DNA of 64,000 nucleotides from an uncultured Planctomycetales bacterium. Lineage in GTDB: Bacteria > Omnitrophota > Gorgyraeia > Zapsychrales > JAHFFX01. This document shows positions 54,598 to 64,000 of this stretch, in pieces. The notes beneath the pieces were generated by a model. That model worked only from the letters and a program-made list of their open reading frames with translations, was not told where the DNA came from and ran no database searches. The stretch lies in contig CAZUJQ010000001.1 in assembly GCA_964620805.1 (NCBI GenBank), positions 7,618-71,617 on the forward strand. Direction: 5' to 3'. The position numbers and the translations under genes were made by a program. How positions within the stretch are numbered: the stretch's first letter is position 1; every line of letters begins with the position of its first letter.

Positions 54598-56565
54598 ATG
54601 AATCCTTTCCCACAAACCCCATCCCCACAGATCAACTCCCCGGCAAAGACTTCTGCCATTCTCCACGGCAAAAGCCTCCTTTCCAATGAGGATATTTATC
54701 TTTTTAGATCCGGCGCTCATTTTCGACTCTATAACAAACTCGGCAGTCAACGGATCCATGCCGATGGCGTGGAGGGGGTGCATTTCGCCGTCTGGGCCCC
54801 CAATGCCCAAGGTGTTTCGGTGGTGGGGGATTTCAATGGATGGGATCCTCAGGCCCATCCCTTGGCCGTCCGCTGGGACAGCTCCGGAATCTGGGAGGGG
54901 TTCATCCCTCATGTCAGAAAGGGATCGCTTTATAAATATCACATTATCTCTCAACACAACAATTTCCAAGCCCAGAAAATAGACCCCTTTGCCTTTTGGT
55001 CGGAGGTCCCTCCGAAGACGGCCTCGATTGTGTGGGACCTGGATTATGAATGGCATGATGATCGCTGGATGGAGGAACGTCATCGGCATAATGGTCTTCA
55101 TGCCCCTATTTCGATTTATGAGATGCATTTGGGATCATGGCGGCGTAAAGTGGAAGAGAATAACCGGTGCCTTTCTTACCGGGAGATTGCCAGTCATCTT
55201 ATCGATTATCTTAAGGAAATGGGTTATACGCATGTTGAGTTTATGCCGGTGATGGCTCATCCTTTTTATGGCTCCTGGGGCTATCAGACCATTGGGTATT
55301 TTGCCCCAAGCCCCCGCTATGGGGCCCCTCAGGATCTCATGCATTTGATGGACCGCCTTCACCAAAATGGAATCGGCGTGATTTTGGACTGGGTTCCCTC
55401 CCATTTTCCTTCGGATGGACACGGGTTGGTTTATTTTGACGGAACCCACCTTTATGAGCATGCGGATCCTAAGAAGGGATTCCATCCCGACTGGAAAAGT
55501 TATATCTTTAATCATGGCCGCAGTGAAGTGGCGGAATTTTTAGTTTCGAGCGCCTTGTTTTGGCTGGACAAATATCATGCCGACGGCCTGCGCGTGGATG
55601 CCGTGGCTTCTATGCTTTATCTCGATTATTCCCGAGGAGAAGGAGAGTGGATCCCCAATGAGCACGGGGGCCGGGAAAACCTGGAGGCCATCCGTTTCCT
55701 GAAGCGCTTGAACGAAGCGGTCTATGAATTCTATCCCGATTGTCAGATGATCGCCGAGGAGTCCACCGCGTGGCCCATGGTCTCCAAACCCACTTATGTG
55801 GGCGGCCTGGGGTTCGGCATGAAATGGAACATGGGCTGGATGCACGACACCTTGGTTTATTTCTCCAAAGATCCTGTTCATAGAAAGTACCATCATAATG
55901 ATTTGACCTTCAGCATGCTGTATGCCTTTACCGAAAATTTTGTCCTGCCGCTTTCCCACGATGAGGTGGTCCACGGAAAAGGAGCTCTTTTGTCTAAGAT
56001 GCCCGGAGATGATTGGCGGAAGTTTGCGAATCTGCGGCTTTTGTATGGGTACATGTATGCTCACCCGGGGAAAAAATTATTTTTTATGGGAGGGGAAATC
56101 GGGCAGCGCTGGGAATGGGACCATGAGAAGAGTTTAGACTGGCACCTGCTGCAATACCCCCCTCATCAGGCGATTCAGCGCTGGGTCAAGGATTTGAACC
56201 GCTTGTATAGGGAGACCAAGGCCTTATACGAGGATGATTTCTCCTGCCGGGGATTCGAATGGATCGATTGCAGTGATTGGGAGCAGGGGGTTTTGAGTTT
56301 CCTTCGCAAAACCTCTTTTGGCCAGGAGAAGATCCTCGTGGTCTGTAATTTTACGCCGGTGGTACGCTTTAATTATCAGGTGGGGGTCCCGGATCCCGGA
56401 TTCTGGAAAGAGGTCTTGAATAGCGACGCCAGCGTGTATGGGGGAAGCAACCAGGGAAATGGGGGCGGGATCGTTTCTCAACCGAAGCCCTGTCATGGAA
56501 GAAATTTTTCCTTGGCCTTGACTCTGCCTCCCTTGGCCGTCATCTTTCTTAAGCGCCAGGAATAG
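54598..56565 (+). CDS. glgB: 1,4-alpha-glucan branching enzyme (GH13)
   Basis: GH13 catalytic regions including DWVPSHF and [10 protein letters not shown]. Branching-enzyme N-terminal domain present. Confidence 0.9.
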   Translation: MNPFPQTPSPQINSPAKTSAILHGKSLLSNEDIYLFRSGAHFRLYNKLGSQRIHADGVEGVHFAVWAPNAQGVSVVGDFNGWDPQAHPLAVRWDSSGIWEGFIPHVRKGSLYKYHIISQHNNFQAQKIDPFAFWSEVPPKTASIVWDLDYEWHDDRWMEERHRHNGLHAPISIYEMHLGSWRRKVEENNRCLSYREIASHLIDYLKEMGYTHVEFMPVMAHPFYGSWGYQTIGYFAPSPRYGAPQDLMHLMDRLHQNGIGVILDWVPSHFPSDGHGLVYFDGTHLYEHADPKKGFHPDWKSYIFNHGRSEVAEFLVSSALFWLDKYHADGLRVDAVASMLYLDYSRGEGEWIPNEHGGRENLEAIRFLKRLNEAVYEFYPDCQMIAEESTAWPMVSKPTYVGGLGFGMKWNMGWMHDTLVYFSKDPVHRKYHHNDLTFSMLYAFTENFVLPLSHDEVVHGKGALLSKMPGDDWRKFANLRLLYGYMYAHPGKKLFFMGGEIGQRWEWDHEKSLDWHLLQYPPHQAIQRWVKDLNRLYRETKALYEDDFSCRGFEWIDCSDWEQGVLSFLRKTSFGQEKILVVCNFTPVVRFNYQVGVPDPGFWKEVLNSDASVYGGSNQGNGGGIVSQPKPCHGRNFSLALTLPPLAVIFLKRQE

Positions 56566-56660
56566 AAAAAACATTGCGGGGAGGTGAGGGAAGGTGTTGA
56601 CAGATAAAAGCATTTGCTGTAACATTCCTTTGCCTATTCAAGGGAATCGAGATTCAACCT

Positions 56661-57821
56661 ATGCGTATAGCCATTTTTGCTTGGGAGTCCTTGCAGTCGA
56701 TCAGCGTGGGGGGCATCGCCCTTCACGTCAGCGAACTAAGTTGTGCCCTCCAGCGCAAAGGCCACGACGTCCATGTTTTTACCCGTCTGGGTTACCCCAA
56801 CCATCCTTATTATGAATGCATCCACGGTGTTCATTATCACCGCTGTCCGTATCCCTTCTCCTCGGATTTCATTGAAGACGTCAACAATATGTGCCGTTCG
56901 TTCGTCCAAAGCTTCTTTGCCACCGAGGATTATATCGGGCCTTTTGATATCATCCACGCCCATGACTGGCTGACGTCCAATGCCGTTGTATGGATCAAGG
57001 AGGCCAGAAGACACAAGGCGATTATGACGTTTCATTCCACCGAATATGGACGCTGCGGAAACAATTTTTTCGATGGGAATTCCGCCAGAATCCGGGATCA
57101 CGAAAGGCACGGCTCTTATTGTGCGGACCGCGTGGTTACGGTTTCCCAGGCCCTTAAGGACGAGGTCATGTGGATGTATAATCTTCCCGATGGGAAAGTA
57201 TCCGTTATCTACAATGGGGTCACTTGCCAGAATTATAACGGATGGATTGATCCGGGGGCGGTGCGCCGGTTCTATGATATCGGCCCTTGGGATCCCCTGG
57301 TCTTATTTGTGGGGCGGATCGTTTATCAGAAAGGCCCGGATCTTCTCATTGAGGCGGCGCCTCATGTTTTGAAATATTATCCCCACGCCAAGTTTGTTTT
57401 TGTGGGAGACGGCGAGATGCGCTGGGGAACGGAACGCCGGGCCCAGGAAATGGGGATTGGGCCCGCGGTGCGGTTTTTAGGATACCGTAACGGCTGGGGT
57501 TTGGTGGACCTTTTTAAAGCCTGCGATGTGGTCTGTGTCCCCAGCCGCAATGAGCCTTTCGGGATCGTCATTCTGGAGGCCTGGAGCGCGGGAAAGCCGG
57601 TCGTGGCCTCCTCGATCGGGGGACCGGCCGAGATTGTCTGGCATGACGTGACGGGTCTCAAAATCCATCCGGATGCGGATTCCGTGGCCTGGGGGGTTGG
57701 AACCATTTTTCAAGATTTTGAGCACGCCCGTTGGATGGGGCATAATGGCCGGATTGCCGTAGAGACCGCGTTCTCCTGGGACGCCATTGCGGATCATGTT
57801 CTGGATGTTTATACCTCATAA
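56661..57821 (+). CDS. GT-B glycosyltransferase (group 1/GT4-like; candidate alpha-glucan synthase)
   Basis: MRIAIFAWESL..VGGIALHV N-terminus and a C-terminal EPFGIVILEA motif. Confidence 0.65.
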   Translation: MRIAIFAWESLQSISVGGIALHVSELSCALQRKGHDVHVFTRLGYPNHPYYECIHGVHYHRCPYPFSSDFIEDVNNMCRSFVQSFFATEDYIGPFDIIHAHDWLTSNAVVWIKEARRHKAIMTFHSTEYGRCGNNFFDGNSARIRDHERHGSYCADRVVTVSQALKDEVMWMYNLPDGKVSVIYNGVTCQNYNGWIDPGAVRRFYDIGPWDPLVLFVGRIVYQKGPDLLIEAAPHVLKYYPHAKFVFVGDGEMRWGTERRAQEMGIGPAVRFLGYRNGWGLVDLFKACDVVCVPSRNEPFGIVILEAWSAGKPVVASSIGGPAEIVWHDVTGLKIHPDADSVAWGVGTIFQDFEHARWMGHNGRIAVETAFSWDAIADHVLDVYTS

Positions 57822-57836
57822 GAGAGGAGACTAAAG

Positions 57837-59042
57837 TTGGCTATAAAAAAGAAGAAAAGCAGCCTCAAAACTGCGTTGCGAAAGAAGCCCAGCCGTCTCA
57901 AGTCCTCAGCTCAAAGCCCAAAGCGTAAACCAGCAATAAAGCGCAAAACACCCGCGGTTTCCCCCTCTTTGCCCCAGGGAATCTTTAAGGAGGAGGAACT
58001 GCCGCAAACATACAATATCAGCTTCCTTGGACTTATGGCCAAGGATCCTTATCGGATCTTTGCCACCTGGGAAATTGCCCAGGAGGATTTAAAAAGATTG
58101 AGGACCAGGATAAAACAAGATGCTGATCTCTCCCGGATGGTTCTTCGGGTGTACGATGTGACGCTGGTCGATTTTAATGGGCATAACGCCAACAGTCATT
58201 TTGACATTGAGGTAGGAGACGCCACGAACTGGTATATCAGCTTGCCCTGCGATCATATTTGGGTTTGCGCCCAGATGGGCCTCAAGACAAAAAACGGAGA
58301 TTTTTTTCCGCTGGTTCGGTCCAACTTTGTGGAGACCCCTCGGGCCAGGCCATCCCCGCGCACCGAGGAGATTTGGATGACGGTCGTCCCCTCGGAGAAG
58401 TCAGCGCAAGAAAAGAGTCGGCCCCTAACTTCTGAGACTTATGCGGTGAGTCATCCCGTGGTTTTCTTAGAGGGTGCAGCCGAAGGCGCCGTTCCTCCGG
58501 TCATTGAAAAAAAGGAGACAAGGAAAATTTATCTGAGGCGTGAAGACATCTATCGGTATTATGCAGGATTGATGCCGCGGCTGCGCGATCTCATCGCGGA
58601 CCGGTTAAAGGCCCTCTACGGGAAAAGGCTTCATCGCTGGCAGCTTGCTGGGGAAGGCAAGGAGAAGAAGAGAGGGGTCCAGCACCTCTCCCGAAGCCGG
58701 TGGCAGGATGCTTGGCAAGGCGCCTCGGAATTTTGGGTAAAGGAGAGGGGCCTCCTCCCAAGCCAGTGGGGGGCCAGTGAGTCCGTTCACCAAAAGATTA
58801 AAGAGCGCCAATTCTTTTTCGAGATATGGGCAGATTTGATCGTATATGGCCGAACCCAGCCCCAGGCGGAAGTTCATCTTGCGGATCAAAATATTCCCCT
58901 GCGCCCCGATGGGACCTTCACTTTAAGATACGCTTTACCGGATGGCACGATACCTTTTGATTTCACCGCCTTGTCTTCAGATCGTATCGAAAAACGAAAG
59001 ATTGATATGGAGGTCAAAAGGTGGACCCGGGCCGCCCAATAA
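57837..59042 (+). CDS. conserved hypothetical protein, basic N-terminus (possibly a DUF4912-type partner of GH57 genes)
   Basis: 401 aa. Lysine/arginine-rich N-terminal 45 aa. TTG start is uncertain. Lies immediately upstream of a GH57 gene. Confidence 0.4.
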   Translation: MAIKKKKSSLKTALRKKPSRLKSSAQSPKRKPAIKRKTPAVSPSLPQGIFKEEELPQTYNISFLGLMAKDPYRIFATWEIAQEDLKRLRTRIKQDADLSRMVLRVYDVTLVDFNGHNANSHFDIEVGDATNWYISLPCDHIWVCAQMGLKTKNGDFFPLVRSNFVETPRARPSPRTEEIWMTVVPSEKSAQEKSRPLTSETYAVSHPVVFLEGAAEGAVPPVIEKKETRKIYLRREDIYRYYAGLMPRLRDLIADRLKALYGKRLHRWQLAGEGKEKKRGVQHLSRSRWQDAWQGASEFWVKERGLLPSQWGASESVHQKIKERQFFFEIWADLIVYGRTQPQAEVHLADQNIPLRPDGTFTLRYALPDGTIPFDFTALSSDRIEKRKIDMEVKRWTRAAQ

Positions 59043-60787
59043 CCCCACCCCCAGGGTACTTATGCTTGGTCTTGCATGCGCATCTTCCCTTTGTGCGCCA
59101 CCCGGAAGAAGAGTATTTCCTGGAAGAAAATTGGCTTTATGAGGCCCTGACCGAGACCTATATCCCTTTGATCAATGTCTTTGAACAGCTCATCCGGGAC
59201 CGCGTGCCTTTTCGTCTGACCATGTCTTTGACGCCCCCTTTAGTTTCGATGCTGCGGGATCCCCTCTTGCAAAGCCGGTATATTCGATATTTGGATCGGC
59301 TCATCGAACTCTCCGGAAAAGAAATCGAACGGACAGGTTATCAGCCGCATTTTCATGGGCTGGCCTTAATGTACAATCGTCGGTTCCAAGAGATGAGAGA
59401 CCTCTTTGCCAACCGTTATCAAAGAGATTTGGTCGGTGCCTTTAAACGGCTTCAAGATCAGGGCTTTTTGGAGATCCTGGCCTCGTGTGCCACCCACGGC
59501 GTGTTGCCGGTCTTAAACGTGCATCCCGAAAGCGTCCGGGCGCAAATTCATATCGGCGTAAAATATTACCAAAAAATTTTCGGCCGGCCTCCGAAGGGAT
59601 TATGGCTGCCGGAGTGCGCTTATTTCCGGGGTGTGGATGAGATTTTAAAAGAAGAGGGGGTGCGTTATTTTTTTATTGAGTCTCACGGGATCATCCATGG
59701 AGACCCCTCGCCCCGGTACAGCGTTTATGCGCCGGTCTATTGTCCTTCGGGGGTGGCCGCCTTCGGCCGGGATTGGGAATCTTCAAAGCAGGTTTGGAGC
59801 GCTCACGAAGGCTATCCCGGGGATCCAGCCTATCGGGAATATTACCGTGATATCGGATACGAGATGGAGTATGAATATTTGAAGCCGTACCTTCATCCCC
59901 AAGGATTTCGCATCAACACCGGTTTAAAGTACTGGCGGATTACCGGACCGACCGAAGCCAAGGAGCCCTACCAGCCGGATTGGGCTAAGGACAGGGCCTC
60001 TATTCATGCCGAAGACTTCATCCACCATCGCCACCAGCAGATCGCCGGCCTCGCCGGAGGCATGGATCGAAGGCCGATTGTGGTAGCGCCCTACGATGCT
60101 GAGCTCTTTGGGCACTGGTGGTTTGAAGGGCCCCTCTGGCTGGATTTTTTGTTACGCAAGATCGCTCGCCCTGAGACCAGGTTTCGAACCACGACACCCT
60201 CCGAGTACCTTATCGAATATCCCACCAATCAAATGGTTTACCCCTCGAGTTCCAGCTGGGGATATAAAGGGTATAACGAGTATTGGATCGAAGGATCCAA
60301 TGACTGGATCTATCGGCATCTCCATCTGGCCGGAGGGAGAATGACGCAATTGGCGGATCGATTCCTCTTGGAAAAGAACAGCCATGCGAAGCGCATGCAC
60401 GATAAGGAGGGGTGTGCCCTGCACCGTGACGGTGCAGGGCACACCTCCAACCGGAATGGGCCCGCCTCGTTAACGAGGCGGGCCCTCAATCAGGCGGCCC
60501 GTGAGCTCCTTTTGGCCCAGGCCAGCGACTGGCCGTTCATTATGAAAAGCGGGACCGTGGTCTCCTATGCCCATCGCCGGGTCAAAAATCACTTAAGCCG
60601 CTTTAACCGGCTTTATCATGACCTTCTTCAGGGGACGGTCGATGAAAATTGGTTGAAAGAATTGGAGAACAGGGATAATATATTTTCAGATATGGATTGC
60701 GCGGTTTGCTTTCGAAAGAGATTTAAGAATGGACATCCAATCTCATTGGACACAAAACACCAGCCACACGAAGCCCGAGCTTCCTGA
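59021..60787 (+). CDS. GH57-family glucan branching enzyme-like protein (DUF1957 type)
   Basis: LVLHAHLPFVRHPEEE N-terminus, as seen in GH57 branching enzymes. GTG start overlaps the previous gene. Confidence 0.7.
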   Translation: MDPGRPITPPPGYLCLVLHAHLPFVRHPEEEYFLEENWLYEALTETYIPLINVFEQLIRDRVPFRLTMSLTPPLVSMLRDPLLQSRYIRYLDRLIELSGKEIERTGYQPHFHGLALMYNRRFQEMRDLFANRYQRDLVGAFKRLQDQGFLEILASCATHGVLPVLNVHPESVRAQIHIGVKYYQKIFGRPPKGLWLPECAYFRGVDEILKEEGVRYFFIESHGIIHGDPSPRYSVYAPVYCPSGVAAFGRDWESSKQVWSAHEGYPGDPAYREYYRDIGYEMEYEYLKPYLHPQGFRINTGLKYWRITGPTEAKEPYQPDWAKDRASIHAEDFIHHRHQQIAGLAGGMDRRPIVVAPYDAELFGHWWFEGPLWLDFLLRKIARPETRFRTTTPSEYLIEYPTNQMVYPSSSSWGYKGYNEYWIEGSNDWIYRHLHLAGGRMTQLADRFLLEKNSHAKRMHDKEGCALHRDGAGHTSNRNGPASLTRRALNQAARELLLAQASDWPFIMKSGTVVSYAHRRVKNHLSRFNRLYHDLLQGTVDENWLKELENRDNIFSDMDCAVCFRKRFKNGHPISLDTKHQPHEARAS

Positions 60788-62183
60788 TATCTTCTGGGAC
60801 ACGGAAAATTTAAGAAAATCCGGAAGGCCTTCGGGGGAGTTTTATGCGCCCATCTCCAATATCCCCTTTGATCAGGTGGAAGCGGCCTTTGGGATCGCCC
60901 TTCACATGCATCAACCCATGATTCCGGCCTCGAGCGATGACTTAAAAAATGCGGCCTTGATCAGCAACCTCCAGTATATGCTGGAGCACCCCTATATTCC
61001 CGATAATCACAACGCCCCTGTTTTTTTGAGATGCTACGAAAGGATGGCGGATATTATTCCCGAGCTCGTAGCCGATGGCAAGAATCCGCGGGTCATGCTG
61101 GATTATTCGGGAAATCTATTATGGGGGCTTCAGCAAATCGAAGGAGGCAGGGTTTTGGAGCGTTTAAAGGAGATCGCCTGCGATCCGCGCTATTATCGCA
61201 ACGTCGAGTGGCTGGGGACCCTGTGGTCGCATGCGGTCGTGTCGGGGACGCCGGTTCCGGACATCAAGCTCCACATCGAAGCGTGGCTTAGGCATTTCGC
61301 TTCGATCTTCGGCCAAGAGGCGCTTTCGCGGGTTAAGGGTTTTTCTCCACCGGAGATGCAGCTCCCCATTCATCCGGATGTCTGTTATGAATATGTCAAG
61401 GCCTTGAAGGAGGCGGGGTATGAATGGCTTTTGGCTCAGGAGCACACCGTGGAACATTTGGATGGCTCTCCTTTGAGGAGGCCTTACTTTCCGCACCGGC
61501 TGGTGGCAAAAAATTCTTTGGGCCAGATTCAGGAGATCTCAGTTCTTATCAAGACTCAAGGGTCCGATACCAAACTGGTGGGGCAAATGCAGCCGTATTA
61601 TGAAGCTAAAACCAAGAAGAGACAAGATTATCAGGGAAAGACATTGCCGCCGTACGTGGTGCAAATCAGCGATGGGGAAAACGGCGGCGTGATGATGAAC
61701 GAATTCCCACCGGCGTATCACAGGGCTTTTGATGAAATCACTCTCCAAGGCGTGGTGGCCATGAACGGTTCTGAGTATCTCGAACTCATCCGCAAGAATA
61801 CGGGAATCAAGGACAGCGACTTTGTTCCCGTGCAACCCGTGATGCAGCATAGGATCTGGGAGTTTTGGGAGGCGGGCGCTGCGCAAGCCATCGAGAGAGC
61901 CAAACAAAAATACCCGAATCTTTATCTGGATCAAGCCTCGTGGACGAACAATATCAGTTGGGTTAAGGGTTATGAAAATGTGCTGGATCCTATCCGGCGC
62001 TTAAGTGTCGCCTTTCATCAGCGGTTTGATATCACGAAAGAGACCAGCAGCCCAGCCTACCGGGAAGGCCTTGTGTATCTTCTTTTGTCCCAAACGAGCT
62101 GTTTTCGCTACTGGGGCGAGGGGGTGTGGACAGAGTACGCTAAGGAGATTTGTCGTAGAGGAATGGAGGTGTTGGTAATGTAA
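60729..62183 (+). CDS. GH57-family glycoside hydrolase (second paralogue)
   Basis: ALHMHQP motif. 484 aa. Start uncertain; it overlaps the upstream gene by 59 bp. Confidence 0.6.
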   Translation: MDIQSHWTQNTSHTKPELPDIFWDTENLRKSGRPSGEFYAPISNIPFDQVEAAFGIALHMHQPMIPASSDDLKNAALISNLQYMLEHPYIPDNHNAPVFLRCYERMADIIPELVADGKNPRVMLDYSGNLLWGLQQIEGGRVLERLKEIACDPRYYRNVEWLGTLWSHAVVSGTPVPDIKLHIEAWLRHFASIFGQEALSRVKGFSPPEMQLPIHPDVCYEYVKALKEAGYEWLLAQEHTVEHLDGSPLRRPYFPHRLVAKNSLGQIQEISVLIKTQGSDTKLVGQMQPYYEAKTKKRQDYQGKTLPPYVVQISDGENGGVMMNEFPPAYHRAFDEITLQGVVAMNGSEYLELIRKNTGIKDSDFVPVQPVMQHRIWEFWEAGAAQAIERAKQKYPNLYLDQASWTNNISWVKGYENVLDPIRRLSVAFHQRFDITKETSSPAYREGLVYLLLSQTSCFRYWGEGVWTEYAKEICRRGMEVLVM

Positions 62184-62303
62184 TTGGCTTACTGGGCATA
62201 TGGCGTATGGCATATGGCGTAAAAGGTAAAACCATAAGCCATTAGCCATAAGTTATAAACGTTGTTAGAAAAAAACATTATTTTAAAAAGGGAGAGAGAC
62301 GCC

Positions 62304-62594
62304 ATGAAACAACAAATCATTGAAGCGGCAGGAAAAACCTGGAGGACTTTGGGAGAAAAGGGAGAAGTGAACGTTCAGCAGCTTCCCCGGCTCCTCAATG
62401 AGAATGATGCCGTCACCTATCAGGCCTTGGGGTGGCTGGCCCGGGAAGATAAAATCAACTATGCCTCACGGAGCAACACTACCTTTGTCTCATTGGTGGA
62501 ATCGGAATTAAAGAATTTTAAGAATACACTTCAATCCGCAACCAAAGCCCAAACACAACCGAATACCACGAGCACTAAAGGTCGGAAAAGATAA
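62304..62594 (+). CDS. small winged-helix (DUF2582-like) protein
   Basis: RBS gggagagag upstream. About 96 aa from ATG 62304. The listed ORF start at 62262 is an extension. Confidence 0.4.
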   Translation: MKQQIIEAAGKTWRTLGEKGEVNVQQLPRLLNENDAVTYQALGWLAREDKINYASRSNTTFVSLVESELKNFKNTLQSATKAQTQPNTTSTKGRKR

Positions 62595-62677
62595 CCCAGA
62601 CGATTAAACGAAGTATAATTTTTTTATATCTTTTCGCTAGCTCAAGTTTCCTGTTTACCGAGACCACAACCGAGCAG

Positions 62678-63064
62678 GTGCTTCCGCCGGGTTTTTCTTC
62701 ACCTATAGAGGTTAAAGAAGCCCTCATCTACAGAGACGACGGAACCATCGGTATTACCGTGGAAGATGCGAGGGGACAGAAGCTTTCTTTTTGCCTAGAT
62801 GGAAGACTCAAGGAGCAAACCTTCTGGACACTCTTCCATGATACCTCCAAAGACAGGGCCCTTTATCTGGGAGGTCTTCATCCCTCTGATCCCCAGGCCC
62901 AGAAGCTGATAAAATCCGGAGAGATCGAAGGATTCATCCTTATAATGCTGCAGGATTGGCTTAAAAGACAATATCCTTCGCCTGAAGAGCTGAAGGGCTC
63001 AATAAAAGCCGGCTTGGTGACAAAGGTTGTTGAGGTTTTAAAGAATCGCTCCCATGGAAAATAA
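62678..63064 (+). CDS. hypothetical protein
   Basis: 128 aa. GTG start with no clear RBS. Overlaps the following GH57 start. Confidence 0.3.
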   Translation: MLPPGFSSPIEVKEALIYRDDGTIGITVEDARGQKLSFCLDGRLKEQTFWTLFHDTSKDRALYLGGLHPSDPQAQKLIKSGEIEGFILIMLQDWLKRQYPSPEELKGSIKAGLVTKVVEVLKNRSHGK

Positions 63065-64000
63065 GTACATCTGTATCCATGGCCATTTCTATCAGCCCCC
63101 TCGGGAAAATCCTTGGCTCGATGAGATTGAAACAGAGGACTCTGCGTATCCGTATCCAAACTGGAACGAAAGAATTACGGAGGAATGTTACTCAGCCAAT
63201 GCCTTTTGCCGTTTTGTGGATGCCCCCAAGAAATCCGTGGAGATTGTCAACAACTATACCAAGATCAGCTTTAATTTTGGCCCCACCTTATTATCCTGGC
63301 TTAAACGAAAACAACCCGAAGTTTACCAGACGATTCTGGAAGCTGACCAAGAGAGTCAGAAGAGGTTTTCCGGTCACGGTGCCGCCTTGGCCCAGGCCTA
63401 TAATCACATCATTATGCCGCTGGCCTCTTCGTGGGATAAAAGAACTCAAGTCCTCTGGGGAATCAAGGATTTTGAGCACCGCTTCAAGCGTAAACCCGAG
63501 GGGATGTGGCTGCCGGAAACAGCGGTGGATCTGGAAACACTGGATATCCTCTCCGAATATGGAATACGATTCACCATCCTCGCCCCTCATCAAGCCGCCT
63601 ATACGAAAAGTGTCTCGGATGGGGAGTGGGAGGAGGTGAGCGGGGGAAGGATAGACCCCACTCAGCCGTATCTGTGCCGCTTGCCCTCCGGGAGATCGAT
63701 TGCCCTTTTTTTCTATCATGGGCCTCTGGCGCACGGTGTCGCCTTTGGGGGTTTTCTCCGTAACGGCGAGGAACTGGCGCAACGTTTCGGGGACACGCTC
63801 AATAGTCCTACGGACAGGGATCTCCCAAGGCTGCTTCATATTGCGGTAGATGGAGAGACGTACGGTCATCATCATCGTTTCGGAGACATGGCCTTGGCGC
63901 ATTGTCTCGATTCCATTCAAACGAAAAGACGGGGGGACCTCACCATCTACGCAGAGTTCCTCGAACGTTTTCCTCCGAGCTACGAGGTCAAAATCCAAGA
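63054..64000 (+). CDS. GH57-family alpha-amylase/amylopullulanase-like protein, N-terminal 315 aa (runs off the window end)
   Basis: My own translation: MENKYICIHGHFYQPPRENPW..SFNFGPTLLSWL..MWLPETAV..AVDGETYGHHH. It is not in the supplied ORF table, which lists a wrong-frame ORF (63079..63639) and an antisense shadow here. Confidence 0.8.
   Translation, partial: MENKYICIHGHFYQPPRENPWLDEIETEDSAYPYPNWNERITEECYSANAFCRFVDAPKKSVEIVNNYTKISFNFGPTLLSWLKRKQPEVYQTILEADQESQKRFSGHGAALAQAYNHIIMPLASSWDKRTQVLWGIKDFEHRFKRKPEGMWLPETAVDLETLDILSEYGIRFTILAPHQAAYTKSVSDGEWEEVSGGRIDPTQPYLCRLPSGRSIALFFYHGPLAHGVAFGGFLRNGEELAQRFGDTLNSPTDRDLPRLLHIAVDGETYGHHHRFGDMALAHCLDSIQTKRRGDLTIYAEFLERFPPSYEVKIQ

Noticed and set aside
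63079-63998. Listed ORFs 63079..63639 (+) and 63291..63998 (-)
   Set aside because: The third + frame from ATG 63054 encodes an unmistakable GH57 N-terminus (HGHFYQPPRE) to the window end. The listed ORFs are a wrong-frame ORF and an antisense ORF.

Overview
This is a single bacterial chromosomal segment of roughly 50% GC. I see no rRNA or tRNA genes and no CRISPR array. It is densely packed with housekeeping and respiratory genes, mostly on the + strand.

Genes, in order along the window:
- Amino-acid, cofactor and translation genes: a thrC 3' end, a standalone CoaB-type coaB, archaeal-type apgM, lysC, a cimA/leuA-family synthase, valS and an htpX-family protease.
- Cytochrome c biogenesis (system II): a ResB-like protein followed by ccsA.
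- Molybdenum cofactor genes: moeA, mobA and moaD; moaC lies further on.
- Haem synthesis: hemA and hemH.
- A HEPN/MNT toxin-antitoxin-like pair followed by a HEAT-repeat membrane protein.
- A cytochrome bc-type cluster: Rieske protein, a secreted ankyrin-repeat protein, split cytochrome b (b6-like plus subunit-IV-like), an NYN-domain gene and an octahaem c-type cytochrome.
- An AbiEi/AbiEii type IV toxin-antitoxin pair with a promoter-embedded inverted repeat.
- An aa3-type haem-copper oxidase operon: a cupredoxin-like secreted protein, coxA, coxC, coxD, two small membrane ORFs, coxB, ctaA, ctaB, sco1 and a DUF420 gene.
- On the - strand: two ferredoxins and three tiny, tightly coupled membrane ORFs.
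- cspA, arfB-like, moaC, apbE, thyA, folA and a leaderless AAA ATPase.
- A degraded, GC-rich esterase/CARDB remnant that contains a G9 homopolymer.
- A response-regulator-EAL protein.
- An alpha-glucan cluster: glgB, a glycosyltransferase, a DUF4912-like gene and three GH57 genes, the last running off the window.

The feature that annotation does not explain is a set of at least four intergenic palindromic repeat families. Family A is long hairpins built from CCAAT/ATTGG units. Family B is a GTCATTGCGAGG...CTCGCAATGAC core that sits nested inside unrelated host palindromes. Family C appears in two copies, one carrying an extra nested hairpin. Family D is a 19-bp AATGGGGTCACACCCCATT inverted pair found in-frame inside ccsA and immediately upstream of hemH. 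Family B elements overlap gene stops and spurious ORFs.

Every functional label rests on motif recognition by eye. No database search was run.
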